Made by a program: the position numbers and the translations under genes
NCBI GenBank assembly: GCA_964016885.1
Contig: OZ024745.1
Span: 45,756,001-45,820,000 of the forward strand
From: Eledone cirrhosa
Taxonomy: Eukaryota
Length of the DNA: 64,000 nucleotides
Direction of reading: 5' to 3'
The notes under the pieces: generated by a model
The model's input: the letters and a program-made list of their open reading frames with translations, nothing else
Database searches by the model: none
What the model was told of the DNA's origin: nothing
Shown here: in pieces, positions 45,851-61,459 of the stretch
Numbering within the stretch: position 1 is the stretch's first letter
How the letters are laid out: each line of letters begins with the position of its first letter

Positions 45851-46517
45851 TAACATAAATGTCGTATAAGACACTGAATATGTCGTGGTAATTATGAGCA
45901 AGAATTGTATATTGTTTATGTATATGCCAGTATGCACACCCTTTTTACATGAAATTATTTTCCATTTTTGATGTAACAATAGAGCTTCATCTATTTTATC
46001 ATAATGAAAACTAAATAAATTTTCTCTATAAATAAAATCCAATAGAGAATTCAATAGTGAAATATTTACAATATTTAACGTGATTAAATCGAGGCAACAA
46101 GGTAAATATATGCTGATTCTACAATATATGTAAACAGAAAGAAAAGCACACAGGCACAGGCACATACACACACACAGAAGCACACACGCACACACATATT
46201 TCGATATAACACAAAAAAACATATCCTTGGGAATAAATTGTAAAATTATAAGTTTCTAAAGCTTTTACATGAAAATGAGGGAGTCAAATGCTGTCATGGT
46301 GACATAAACTGTAGGCCGAGAGATCCTACTTATCGTCTTTAGATAATCTAAATAATCACTTCAGCTATATAATTGATTTTATGTATTCATGCGAGAAGAA
46401 TAATGTGATATAATATACATAATATATATATATATATACATACATATGCATACATACATATATACACATATATATATATATACATGCGTACACATATACA
46501 TACATATACATATATAA

Positions 46518-46615
<98 letters not shown>

Positions 46616-47044
46616 CACGATCGATAATCAGTGCTGGTTGATCCAAGCAATCCACCAATAACTGTGTAATCAGGCGAAAGCATTCGACCTCATGGATGCC
46701 ACAAGGTATTACATATATCAGACGGTATCACACGGTGGATCAATATTAAGAAAAGGAGGAGAGACGGTATCAGATATTCAAGATCAGTTTATTTCATTAC
46801 ATCATCCAGCTATGCACATTTCAAAGGCATCGACATGTCGTTATTCAACAGTTACTCAATGTGTTGTCAGCAGACTGGAGGACAAATGTAAATAAAAATA
46901 AAGTTTTTTATATACTCTTTTACTCTTTTACCTGTTCCAGCCACCCGGCTGTGACCATACTGGGGACCGCCCTTAAATATGCTAGCCATTGCAATGGTTT
47001 TGCATTTCAATACTCTGCAAGCTGTTGTTGAATATATGATACCG

Positions 47045-47125
<81 letters not shown>

Positions 47126-47200
47126 TGCCATTAATTTAGACATGGCCTGGGCCAATACTGACCGAAACCTATTAAAGTTATCAAAGTTATATATATATAT

Positions 47201-47883
<683 letters not shown>

Positions 47884-48225
47884 ATGGGTTGGAGGTGGAG
47901 GTAAGTGGCCTACAAGTTAAATTCTCGGACAGGGAGGTGTATATAGACAACTAATAACACTGTTGTACAATCCAGCTCAATCAGCTACCATTTTGTTACC
48001 TCATGCTACAATAGCGGATTACTACTTCTTAAAATGTCTGTTCTCCAGATTCCTCATTTGAAATTTTACTTAATTTATTTATCAGGTCTGAAAAAGGCTG
48101 GTTGTATTTACGACCACGAAACTGTTTGGTTATGCAAAAATAAGTCCAACTATCATATAAATATTTTCAACATTCTCTTTATATGCTGATTGGCCACATT
48201 TTTCTTGTTTTTCGTTTGCACCCAA

Positions 48226-48302
<77 letters not shown>

Positions 48303-48915
48303 CACAGATTTACAGATTTATATTTCGTGTTACTGAAACGTTTAAATGTAAAAAGTACCTAAGAAGAAATGAAACCGCACATTTTTAATAAACCCTTTTA
48401 TTTATTTTGTAATATTTTCTTGTTTATAGGTTTTACTCTCAATCACAGTTTTTTCTCCCTTTTTCCCCTTTCTTTCTCTATCACTCTCTTTCTCTTTCTC
48501 CAAGGTTAGTCTCTCACTTCTGCATTTTTACATGTGAAAGATCTTTAATATTCATTTTAGTTTGACTTCCTGGCACAAACTGCAAAAGAGAAAATCCTGT
48601 TTATCTCTCAAGTAGAATACTTGAAAAATGTTCGCCTGCCTCCTGTCATTGGGCTCCCGATATTTTTTTAATAACTCTTCTTGTCCTATTTTGTTTGTAT
48701 TTTCGTGGTATTGCTGCAGTTATTATTCTTATCACTTATGATCAAGACGTATTCTCCTCGTCATTTAGTTCCCCCCCATTCTTCTTCCTCACTAACATCT
48801 AATGGTGAGTAGTAGTGGAGGAACCCCAAATTCTCATCCACTGAGCAAACCTATAATGAAAACTATTTAAGCTACGGTCATCTAGTCTTTAATCGTAGAA
48901 TCCTATCATTTTAAA

Positions 48916-49103
48916 ATAATTGTTTCTACTTTTGGAACAAGGCCAGCAATTATTCCAGTGTATTACTGGTACTTTATTTTATCGACCCCGTAAGGATGAC
49001 AGGCAAAGTTAACCTCGGTGGGATTTGAACTCAGACCATAAAGGGACGTAACTGTGCTGCAAAGCATGGCGTCCGACCACTACCGATACTGCCAATCCAC
49101 AGC
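48916..49103 (-). mobile_element. SINE family A
   Basis: TSD cctatcattt(t/a)aaaataat. Confidence 0.9.
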
Positions 49104-49519
49104 CCTATCATTTAAAAATAATATTGTGTGTCGTTTGTGGGAAATTTTTATAGCTGATTTTAGCAGATCGAACAACGACAGCTAGTTTCCCTCAGTGAAC
49201 CGTTCGGTAATAGTAAGAGATATTCTTTTAGCTGTTGTGAACTTAGAGCTTTTGTTGTTGTTGTTGTCATTATTGCTGCTGCTGCTGTTGTTGTTGCTGT
49301 TGTTGTTGTCAGGAAATCAGTACAATTGTTGATATTTTCAGTCGTTGATGTTCTTTTTGTTTGTGTATCTGTTTTGCATTTAAACATTATAGATAATAAT
49401 CTAGCTCTCCCTCATAACACCCCTAGTCCCCTTAACAGCTAGCTTCGTCATCGACTACTACTACTGCGACAACAAATACTGCTGCTACTACCACTACTAC
49501 TACTACAACCAGCACCACC

Positions 49520-49550
<31 letters not shown>

Positions 49551-50143
49551 AAATTACTATTACTATTACTATTACTGCGACAACAAATACTGCTGCTACA
49601 TCCACTACTACTAACACCACCACCACCACCGCCACTACTACTACTACTACTACTACTGATGATGATGATGATGATTTAATTATTGACAGTCGCATTATAT
49701 CGTGCAGGAAAAGCGCCAAAACAGAATGGTTAGGATTAAAAAAATCAATAAAATTGAATGTTTTTTTAGCCAACAAAATATTACTGTCCATAAAACGCGC
49801 TTCCCTATAAAATAGTTCATAGGTCGTACATTGTTGAGTCGCTCCCTTCCTACTTCTAGCGTTTGAAATTGATAGGGTGCTATTTAAACAAATGATGTTA
49901 ATATAATTATTAACATGACTTCACACATACTTCCATTTTCCAATATATAACTTTGATAGGTTTCGGCCAGTATTGGCCCAGGCCATGTCTCACTTAATAG
50001 CTCCATATGTATGAATATATATGTATATATATTCCAGTTCCTCGGAGGACTAACAACACACCTAGGAGCTGGACATATCGATGTATTGACAGAGTAAACA
50101 TACTTCAACAACATATGTACCTGTCTTTTCCACACAAATTCGG

Positions 50144-50198
50144 ACTGCCTGAAGAGGTCACAGCCAATAATAGCTGTCACTGAAATATATATAGCAGT
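50144..50198 (+). ncRNA. type I hammerhead ribozyme motif
   Basis: ACTGC CTGAAGA GGTcACAGC caataata GCTGTCACT GAAA TATATA TA GCAGT. Perfect stem I ACTGC/GCAGT; a ~60 nt tail follows, then a long (TA)n. Confidence 0.8.
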
Positions 50199-50254
50199 AA
50201 ATTTATAATTTATAATAAACGAAGCCAAATTTTACATATTTAACTTACTTATTT

Positions 50255-50298
<44 letters not shown>

Positions 50299-50303
50299 AT
50301 GTG

Positions 50304-50750
<447 letters not shown>

Positions 50751-50802
50751 ATATACATCAATGATATTAATAAACGGAAACTCTTTTTTATATAACCATA
50801 TT

Positions 50803-50863
50803 TATTATATTATATATATTTCAAGGGTACCAAAACTTTGGTTCCTTCTCATCAGATAAAATA
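50803..50863 (-). ncRNA. hammerhead motif, same family as 60785
   Basis: Minus strand: TATTTTAT CTGATGA GAAGGAACCAAAGTTTTGGTACCCTT GAAA TATATA TA ATATAATA. Confidence 0.7.
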
Positions 50864-51122
50864 CAAACTTTGTTTTATAAATAGTGACATATCCAAGAAT
50901 CAGAACTTAACGGTTCAAGTATATAGGTTTATCCCGGATTCAATAGGGCGTAACCACGCTAAGTAAGGTACTCAATATATTAGCAGAGTTTAAACATCAT
51001 GTTTAATATAAAAATGGCTTCTACATGACTAGAACTGTATCATTCAAAAGAAATCATCAGGAAAACAGGTGATGATTTCCTTGGAATGAAACAGTTCTAA
51101 TCCTGTAGAAGCGATTAAACAT

Positions 51123-51182
<60 letters not shown>

Positions 51183-51324
51183 TTAAAATAACAGATTAAA
51201 GTTTAAGCAAAGAATAGCTGCTTTCACCCTTAACGGGATCTTCTGAAACTCAATATATATTTATCCTTATCGAGCCCTCTTTGGATTTTAATCTTCATAT
51301 TTATTATTATTATTATTATTATTA

Positions 51325-51383
<59 letters not shown>

Positions 51384-51384
51384 G

Positions 51385-51950
51385 TTATTCCGGGTTGAAT
51401 CGGAGGTAACCACAGTAAGTAAGGTACTCAATACATAGCAGAGTATAACAGTTTTAATATAGATGAGATTCTACAGGACTAGAACTGTTTCATTCATTAG
51501 AAATCATCAGGAATCTGGGTATCAAAAAATAAATATGGTATTTATAGGTCTCTACAAGTGGTAGGAGAGGGTGGGAGTGGGATGGGTGCAGGTCATTGGT
51601 TGATAGAGAAGGGAATTCATTAAAAGCTAATTCTACAAAGCTATAGTTTATTTTTATTTTTATTTTTATTTTATTTATGTTTTTAGAGTAACAAGGGCAG
51701 ACAGAATTCTATAAACAGGTTCCGGATGGCATACCATTCCTTGTCAATAAGTTTCTCTTAAGCTAACAGATGTCTATAAAATCAGTGGGGGGTCAGTCAT
51801 GGTCGATAGAATTAAAGAAAAGGGAGATTCTTTAAAAGCTAAAGTCATTAAGGTTCTACTAAGTGACAAAGGTCTAGAGAATTCTGCAGACAGATTCAAA
51901 ATACTGAGTGCATATCTTACTATTATCTTCGGACTTCTCTTAAACTAATC
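51385..51950 (-). mobile_element. PLE-like 3' fragment with an intact hammerhead; related shorter copy at 50925-51120
   Basis: The tail attgagtaccttactta...ggtta..c....ttcaacccggaataac runs into (TA)n. Decayed coding-like sequence lies upstream. Confidence 0.6.
51467..51515 (-). ncRNA. complete type I hammerhead ribozyme with a true stem III
   Basis: Minus strand: GATTC CTGATGA TTTC taat GAAT GAA ACAG ttctagtc CTGT A GAATC. Stem I GATTC/GAATC, stem III ACAG/CTGT, GUA cleavage triplet. Confidence 0.8.
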
Positions 51951-52148
51951 AACTATATGCCAAAAATCAACAGACACATTCACAAAAAAACAAAAAAACA
52001 CATACTCACTCACACACTTACGCGCAACCATAAACACACACACAAACACATATACACACATAAAAACACACACACATATATAAAAATATATAAATATATA
52101 TTCATGTACACACACATACACATACAGACATACATACATACATATATA

Positions 52149-52231
<83 letters not shown>

Positions 52232-52483
52232 TATATATATATATATATAAATATATACACACATATACACACACACATCTACATATATATATATATATAC
52301 AGATACACACACACACATACACATACATACACACACACACACACATATATATATACACAAGTAAATACACTCACACGCATACATACAAACACGAATATAC
52401 ATGTATATACACACAAATACACATAGACATATATACATACACAAATATACATATATATATATACATATACATATATATACACC

Positions 52484-52515
<32 letters not shown>

Positions 52516-52524
52516 CACACATAC

Positions 52525-52592
<68 letters not shown>

Positions 52593-53129
52593 GAAAAAAC
52601 AATGTTGTCTCTGATTGAGACGAAGCAAGAATGTATTTGAATGCATATAAAAATGAGAAAACTCATCGCTAGAAAAGCCGTAAAACAGCTAAATGTTGCC
52701 GAAGACAGCGATGGCCCAAAATACCTCAGAGCACAGCGACCACCGGCCAGTGGTGAACAGAGAGACAATCCACAAAGTGGGTGACAGGCAGATGAAATAT
52801 AGAAAAGATTGTAAGAGGAGGAGGACAAGGGGTAGTGTGTTAGCGCATAGAACTGACTGGAAGAGGGGAAATAAAGAAACGCGATGTAGAAGACAAATTT
52901 ACACACACACACACATCTTCACTGTCATCAGCTCCCAAACCAGCAAAATGATTTCGCCCGATTTAATTGAGAGAATCGTGAGGGTATGTTCCTGTGGGCA
53001 TTGTGTACGGTGTTATGTGAGTGTGGAAAACAGAAATAGGTATGTAAAATATATAGAAATCCATGTCAAGTTGGTTGAAGATCTGTTGAATTTATTAATT
53101 TTTTCCAATTTGAATGCAATTGGCCATTG

Positions 53130-53990
53130 AGATTTAGACATCTTTTTAAAACCTCGTTCTTAGAGTTAATGTATATATTTGTAGAGGAAAAACTTGAGGC
53201 AGAAACAGAATCGCTTAATAGTGCTGGTATATGGTCTGGACCTCTAAAGTATCTTCCATGTAATTTTATATGGAACTCCTTTATCATTTAATTGTCAGAC
53301 TCATTTTGTCAGGGCCATGCTAGTTCTCATATCAAAGTGTCTAAAGAAGTTGAGCTGTTTAAAACAAATTTGCACCAAACCCACATACCTTTCCGTAGCC
53401 TCGGAAGTTTCTTTAGTGGTATGTGTAATCTGTACCTCATATACAATAGATTTTATATTGCATTTCTGTTGAAAATGGTATATCTCCTTAATCCTACAAG
53501 GGCAACTTCAATTTATCTTAGATTTGTTACCTGCAGTAATTTTTTTATCTCTTAGGTGGGCCACAAGAATAGGATATACTCACGGAGATCGTATTGAATA
53601 TTTTATTGTATTTATGTTGTGGGGTTGTGGGGGAAATATTTATCAATTATATCTAAGGAATTCTTACCAGCGTTAGTCTTAATACATATGGCTGCGAAGC
53701 TATATTCGTATTTGCTCGATTCTGAATTACGATTCCCGAGCAGTTTATTTTATGCAATAGATATACAATCGATTAATGATACCAAGGAATACCTAAAATG
53801 ACATGTTATATAACCTATTTCGACCTACATTTGAATATCTCTTTCCCGGTACAAATTGAAAGTGGTTATCTGCAATGGGGCAGAAGTCGATTTTGATTCT
53901 GTCATATAAAATTAGCTTGCAATAAAAATGACTGAAACTCAGCAAAACTTGATACCGGAATTCCAGTTTAGTTTCTTGTCTAGACTTGTC
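53130..53990 (-). mobile_element. decayed Penelope-like element (Neptune-type RT C-terminus plus GIY-YIG endonuclease)
   Basis: Frameshifted minus-strand remnants KTNAGK..LDIIDKYFP, KSIVYEVQI....YVGL...FK, L..KGVPYKITWKIL..S.PY....R.C.CL and NSKNEVLKRC match the motif order of a PLE GIY-YIG domain. Confidence 0.7.
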
Positions 53991-56900
53991 TACAATAAGA
54001 AAACGTGAACAGCAGTCTAACGACAATTATCCGAATGTTTCATCGATAACTAATGGTAATCATTAACAGCACTAACCTGAATTCATCTGCTAACGTTGCT
54101 ATGGTAGGCTGGCCTCAATATTTTCATCTAATGAAATCTTTGTGTAATTTCCTTATCTAATGTTTTGAATTCAGTAACAGAATTATGTAGTGATGTTAAG
54201 CTGCTATGCTAGACAAGCACTAAACATATAACTAATTATCACGTAGGAAATTTGCAATTCAAATTAGAAATTTGGATCTCCCATTAACACTGAGATAAAA
54301 TATATATTTTTACAAGTTCTATTCAAAGTTAATAAAAATGTTTATGCACTGGACTATTCATATACAGCCGTTAATTAATTAGTCATAGATACGTAAGTCT
54401 TTAGCGGTTTACGAGAAAAGTTGACCTCGATCGTGTTATTCCATTGGCCCTGAGTTACGATAATAGTGCAAATGCTTGAATTTTAATTATTTAATATGGA
54501 GAGAAAGAGATCAATCATTTATATCAACCTCGGTACTTGACAAGTACATTATTTTATCAACCTTCGGAAGAATGAATGGTAAAGTTGACCTCAGCATTAT
54601 TTGAACTCAGAATTAAAACCACCAGAAGAAATACTGCAGGGAAAGATCACTGCTATTTCGTTCCCATTTACTTAGTTCAGATATATTATTACAATTGTCT
54701 ATAACATTTCGAAATTGAATACGCACTCTCTAATTAGTTATTTAATTTATTTCGTTGAACAATCCCTTCCCTTAGCCTACAATCAAAATATTTGATGTTC
54801 CCAGATACTAAAACCCGATTTCATCGATAAAAGGTCAATAATTGCTACTCGGAAGTGAATAACAAATTCTGACAGTTTTTGATCATGCTATTTTACCAAC
54901 TATTGATTAGTTTAACAGCAATTGAGCACTTGTTTTTACCGTCAATCAAATACTTATTTCAGACAATATCTTACCAGTAACGCTTTAGGAGTTTGGGAAT
55001 TACTGTAAGAACTGTTAATCTGTCTCAAGTAGCTAGGTTTTTAAATATCAGATTAATAATTCTTTACTTAGATTTTTGGAAATAATTCCTAGTTTACTTA
55101 AGACGTACCCAACGATAATACACATAGGAATTATGTTTTCTTGGCACTGTAAAGAATTGGTATGCCATCGATTTCTGAATTCTCTAAAAATATAAGGTAT
55201 TTTAAACACTACTGCTCTTTTGGTTGTTATGATTGCATTTTATATCCATAAAGAAAGATAATATTATTTTAATTCAAATGTATCAAAATATTTCCAGAAG
55301 TTATTTAAGTTAATAATTCCAGTTATTAACATAAGAATTGTATTTATTTAAAATGTTGAAGGGCGGAGAGATAACATGTTCTGCTTTTTGAATTACTAAA
55401 CTATGATCCTACATTCTACAGCCTGAGTTACATTGTAAAATTGATGAAAACTCTTGTTCACGGATTGTGTCCTGAGAAACTATAATGAATAAAATAAGAT
55501 TAATATTAATATAATGTGAAAATAAAACATGAGAGGAAATAAGATACATGAAGAAAGAGGGGATGAATGAAATTGAGAGAGGATGTGTGGGCATGTACTT
55601 GTGCGTATGTGTATGTTTATGCAAGCGCAAATAATGATGAAAATATGAGTAGGAAACAAAGATAATTTAAAGACAGCAATGCTGTGTGAAAAACAATAGA
55701 GTATAGATGAGTGGCAATAAAATACGAAGATAAGAAGAAAGTAAAACAAATAGCAAAAAGAACAAAGTAAAGAAGAGAGATAAGGACGAAATAAACAATC
55801 ATGTTGAAAGGGAAATAAAGGAATAGAAAGAAATGAAGATATAAAACTAAAAACAAGGTAAGAGAAAGAGATTAAGAGAGAAACGAGAAAACGAACTAAA
55901 TTAGTCATTTACTTAATGGGACTAAACTCATTTACATTGTGTATAGTACATATATAAATTGTGAGTCGTTACAGCGTCTGATAGAATGCTTTATTGCATT
56001 CGCTTCGGCTCTCTGATCTCCGAGTTCAAATCCCGCCGAGGTCAACTTTGCCTTTCATCCATTCAAGGGCGATAAAGTACCAGTCTAATACTGGGTTTGA
56101 TTCTCCCTATACATCTTTCTCACTTCCATTCTTTCACTCTGTATCCTTCCCTGGTAGAAACCTGCTATATTCAGACCTGGAGAGGAGATGGTCGTCGCCA
56201 GTTTTTAAAATGCTCTAGAAACGCCGTATGCTAATATGACGCCCTTACGAGTCGTTAGGAGTTACGGGATCATACATACATATATATTTTGGTTCCATAC
56301 GGTGATTGTATACTTGTGAGATATGCATTCTTATTATATCATAGCCTTTCGTGTTTGCTTTATATTACTTAGTTTGCTTTTATTTCTGCTGTTTTTGTCA
56401 TTGTAATCATTTTTCGAGCAACTAATTAAACTAGGCAACAAATCCGTATAGCTGCTTAGGAGAGCTCGGAAATAAATAGAAAATTGTTCGTGTTACCCTC
56501 CTACGCAAAACAAGGGGAAATGCACATATCATATAACTATACCTGCTCCATTGCATAATCAATATTTGTTGTTTTCCTTGTCTTCTTTATATTTCATATC
56601 TCTTTTGTTTTCCAGTTAATTCTCCCATTCAATCATTCGCCCCCGCTATTCTCCTCCGCCTCTCTCTCTCTCTCTCTCCCCATTGCCATCTCTATCTCTA
56701 TATTTTCCACCTATAATTCTTCTCCATTTTCGTGATTTACTCAACATTTACCCCACAATCTCTTTGTTAACGCACTTCTATTTTTTTCTTCTCTTTATTA
56801 ATTGTTTTATGATATTATTCCTTTTTATTGAAACCATATCAAAGTTAGAGAAGTGATATCAGTAACATCAAAGTTATATGAAACAACATTATCGAATCAC

Positions 56901-59019
56901 GTAGATTTAAGGATCGTATCCCACGAAAGAGATATTTTGTTGGCAGCTTACATTGACAGTAATTAATGCGATCAAAATCTGTGGTTGGATAATTTATCAC
57001 GTACAGCTGTACACATTTAAACATCTGTTCCAAAAGATTCCGACATTATTCAAATTGTATCTACCGAGGATAAAATACCTATAAAACTATAAATACACCA
57101 GAAATATAAAACCTCCATATAATCTATTAAGGGAATAAGATTGTCTAGTTCTGTTCGAAGGAGTCTATTTGCAGAAATAATCAAATATATTTAAACGCTG
57201 ATCAAGCTTGTTATTGTTATTACAGCTTACGACTCTAGTTTTATCTGGCCTCACATGAGCTTGCATCCCATTGACGGTCACTTTGCTATATTAATGATAT
57301 GAATATTCTTAAGGATAAATGGAGAGAGATTTTGCCTCAGAACGCAGCAGATTTGGGGGTATATCGTCCGGTTTGCCTCCCACTGCGTGGCTGTGTCGAC
57401 CAATATAGTATCAATGAAAAGAGGTGGACGAAAACTGTTTGAAACCTGGTCGGAGTGACTGCACCTGTAATTCAACTGGCTCGCCTTCACATAAGTGGTG
57501 TCACACTGAATCCTTATGAATATAATGTAAAGTATATACATGTATGTAAAATGCTCATTAATTTCACGGTCGGGCTGTTTGGAACATGCAGCAGCGAAGA
57601 AGAGGAAAGTCCATCGATCGACAGCGTCCCACGTACAATTTAAGCTATACCTTCAAATCTAAAACTGGTTTATAGAGAGCATGCACGACAAGAATATCCA
57701 CTGGTGTGCGTAGAGGAGCGATTATCCTCCTATTCGACATGATATATTGCACAAATAGAAACTAGAAGGACATATATTGATGTTTCATGAGGAATGCTCA
57801 GACACTTAGACATTAATTTTATGAACAGACTTTTATGATACTCGAACAACTGTAACATTCATCGTCGACATGATTAAAAGAAGTATTGTGGACTGATTTG
57901 TTAACAATGAGATACTTATATGTGGGGTTTACGCTAAAATAGTTCTATTATTGGCTGTTTAATAATAATTAGGAATATCAATAAAATGTGTTGTGTTTAT
58001 GATATCTATATATGACCCTGATATATAATCTATGTTTTGCAGCTAACATGGTGCTCAGTGTTGTTGTTCTTGTTTTGAATTTGATGTCAAATGAAGTGAA
58101 GTAAAAATCACGCGTGGTGTATATTGTGTGAATGTTCTCGTTTCACACACGCTCGTAGATGCGTAGAAATACACATCCAAATACAACCATATGTGGGGTT
58201 GTGTATGAGTGTGTTTGTGCGTGCTTCTTTGTGTCTGTTTGTGTATGTGCGAGTACGTGTGGGTATACATTTTATAATGAATTTTTTAATGTCGTAATGT
58301 AAAATTCTTTTTAAAGACATATTTTCTTTCGCTTGTTTAAATGAGACCCGTTTAAATCCTATCGTTTCTATATATTAGTGCGTGCATACAAATAAAAGTA
58401 AAAATATGCATACATTTATTTAATTACACACAACAAGCACGGCAATAAGCCCTATAAATTCAATGTATTACTGAGAAGGGACAAAGACAGGGCAGAGAGA
58501 ACATAACTGAAGGAGAGAGTTGATGATAATTGTTGTTGTCTTTGAAAATTCATAGGTGGGGTTGTGTATGAGTGTGTTTGTAAGGAATAATCTCTTATAA
58601 TAGAATGTGAAATTACATTTACGGATTTCAACTGTAAGGAGGGGATGAGAGACAGCTATAAATCTGGTATTCGGTTTAAACGAGGCAACACAGAGGAAAG
58701 CTCATCAGAACAATTTCCCTGAAAATATGTATAGCTACATACATAAAATGCATTCATCCATGCATACAAACACACCTACGTAACATAACATACACACATA
58801 CTTACGTACGTACGTACATACATACATTCACCCATGCGTACATACATACATACACAATCCAAATTATATGTATATAAGTTCATACACGCAAACACACACG
58901 CGCACACACACAAACACACAAACACACACACATACACAAACAAACTTCTCCTTGCTCCCCTTTTCTCATTGTATTTGTATATAAACAAGTACATAGATAC
59001 AAGGAGAAAGGAAGAGCAA

Positions 59020-59760
59020 GGAGAAAAGGAGAGGAAGGGGAACAAGGAGAACAAAGATAAAAGGAGAGCAAGGAGAACAATGATAAAAGGAGAGCAAGGA
59101 TAAAGGGAGACCAAGGAGAGCAAGGAGAGCAATTAGAAAAGGAGAGCAAGGAGAGCAGGGATACAAGAAGAGCAAGGAGAGCAAGGAGAAAAGGAGAGCA
59201 AAGAGAGCAATTAGAAAAGGAGAGCAAGGAGAGCAAGGAGAGCAATTAGAAAAGGAGAGCAAGGACAGCAAAGATAAAAGGAGAGCAAGGAGAGCAATTA
59301 GAAAAGGAGAGCAAGGACAGCAAAGATAAAAGGAGAGCAAGGAGAGCAATTAGAAAAGGAGAGCAAGGAGAGCAAAGATAAAAGGAGAGCAAGGAGAGAA
59401 ATTAGAAAAGGAGAGCAAGGACAGCAAAGATAAAAGGAGAGCAAGGAGAGAAATTAGAAAAGGAGAGCAAGGACAGCAAAGATAAAAGGAGAGCAAGGAG
59501 AGAAATTAGAAAAGGAGAGCAAGGACAGCAAAGATAAAAGGAGAGCAAGGAGAGCAATTAGAAAAGGAGAGCAAGGACAGCAAAGATAAAAGGAGAGCAA
59601 GGAGAGCAATTAGAAAAGGAGAGCAAGGACAGCAAAGATAAAAGGAGAGCAAGGAGAGAAATTAGAAAAGGAGAGCAAGGACAGCAAAGATAAAAGGAGA
59701 GCAAGGAGAGCAATTAGAAAAGGAGAGCAAGGAGTGCAAGGATAAAAGGGGAGCAAGGAA
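59020..59760. repeat. purine-rich minisatellite with a 52-bp higher-order unit
   Basis: aggagagcaaggacagc starts at 59409, 59461 and 59513 (period 52). Each unit has two 26-bp halves built on the 9-mer AGGAGAGCA. Confidence 0.9.
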
Positions 59761-60015
59761 AAAAGAGAAGGGAGAAGGGGAGAGGTAAGGGAGCGAGAAG
59801 GGGAGGTAGCGGAGGAAGGGATGAGAGGGAGTAGAGGTGGAAATTGACGAGCTTAATAGTGAAAGAAAGATAATAGTTCCCTGATTAAAAGGATTAATAT
59901 ATAAATATGTGTGAATCCGCCATTTCTCCTTCACCTTCTGCCTTCTCCGTCTTGTCATATCGGCTATCATTATATTTCATTTTACATTATATTTCCTTAT
60001 ATTTCATTTTACATA

Positions 60016-60208
60016 AGGGTGGTCGATTGGCAGTATCGGTAGAGGGTCGGACGCCATGCTTTCACGTATAGAGTTACGCCCCTTTATGATCTGAGTTCAA
60101 ATCCCGCCGAGGTTAACTTTGCCTTTCATCCTTACGGGGTCGATAAAATAAAGTACCAGTAATGCACTGGGATAATTACTGGCCTTGTGCCAAAAGTAGA
60201 AACAATTA
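60016..60208 (+). mobile_element. SINE family A
   Basis: TSD ttatatttcattttacat. Confidence 0.9.
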
Positions 60209-60387
60209 TATTTCATTTTACATTCCAATTTACATTTCATTTTAAAACAATTACAATATCGTATATATATATACAATATATGCATGTATATATATATACT
60301 ATATATATACAATATATGTATGTATGCATATATATATATATATACGATCGTATATATATATATATATATCGTATATATATATATATA

Positions 60388-61025
60388 TATAAATGAAAGG
60401 TATAGAAAACATTGTAGCGAAAAGCCATATATATATATATGTAAAAGTTCTATTTAAATTGTTGGGATACAACAAGCAAATATTTTTATAACTGATATAA
60501 AGCACTCAACAAATATTTGGAGTAAAAATACGATATTAACAAATGGAAACTATATTTATAAAACCATATTTATTTCATCATTATACATATTTCAAGGACA
60601 CCAAGTTAAATTATGGTGTGCTTTCATCAGATAAAATATAATATAGATCAGTTTTATAAATAAATATTGACACACCCTTAAAAAATGCAACCATTACTGT
60701 TGGAAGCTCCCGGATAGTTGCATTTTTTAAGGGTTGCATTTTTAAGGGTATGTCAATATTTATTTATAAAACTGATCTATATTATATTTTATCTGATGAA
60801 AGCACACCATAATTTAACTTGGTGTCCTTGAAATATGCATAATGAAATAAATATGGTTTTATAAATATAGTTTCCATTTGTTAATATCGTATTTTTACTC
60901 CAAATATTTGTTGAGTGCTTTATATCAGTTATAAAAATATTTGCTTGTTGTATCCCAACAATTTAAATAGAACTTTTACATATATATATATATGGCTTTT
61001 CGCTACAATGTTTTCTATACCTTTC

Positions 61026-61032
<7 letters not shown>
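60388..61032. mobile_element. fold-back element with ~300 bp inverted arms, each with a hammerhead, in (TA)n
   Basis: 60388-60690 is the reverse complement of ~60735-61032 with few mismatches. Tail motif gttgagtgct. Confidence 0.9.
60785..60849 (+). ncRNA. type I hammerhead ribozyme motif (mirror copy at 60571-60638, minus)
   Basis: TATTTTAT CTGATGA AAGcACACCA...TGGTGTcCTT GAAA TATGCA TA ATGAAATA. Confidence 0.8.
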
Positions 61033-61061
<29 letters not shown>

Positions 61062-61064
<3 letters not shown>

Positions 61065-61287
61065 AAAATGTTCAAGACCCCGACGGCAGAGCGTGGTAAT
61101 AAATATTTATAATAGATATTTATTACCACGCTAAATATCTAATTTAGTCCAGAAATAGCCGTCGAAACGGGTTGAGCTCTGCTGTCGGGGTCTTGAACAT
61201 TTTCCTATTACCCACTCTACTACCCTAAGTATTGAGTACTCTGGTGCGTTATGGTCCACCTGGTTCCTTACCACACTTCCTTCGTTA
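61062..61287 (+). mobile_element. hairpin-plus-tail element in (TA)n (gaccccgacggc family) with an extra inner hairpin
   Basis: Same tail as 27306 and 40584. Inner palindrome agcgtggtaataaatat...atatttattaccacgct at ~61090-61132. Confidence 0.85.
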
Positions 61288-61299
61288 TATATATATATG

Positions 61300-61346
<47 letters not shown>

Positions 61347-61357
61347 GTATATATATG

Positions 61358-61420
<63 letters not shown>

Positions 61421-61459
61421 TACTAGGATCGGAATTAAGAGTATTCCGCAGTTCACAGT

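Noticed and set aside
58193-58581. 26-bp direct repeat ~365 bp apart, and an 18-bp tandem duplication at 17676-17711
   Set aside because: Small local duplications with no element structure between them.
59020-59760. CRISPR-like or coding repeat array
   Set aside because: Tandem units without unique spacers, in a eukaryotic context.
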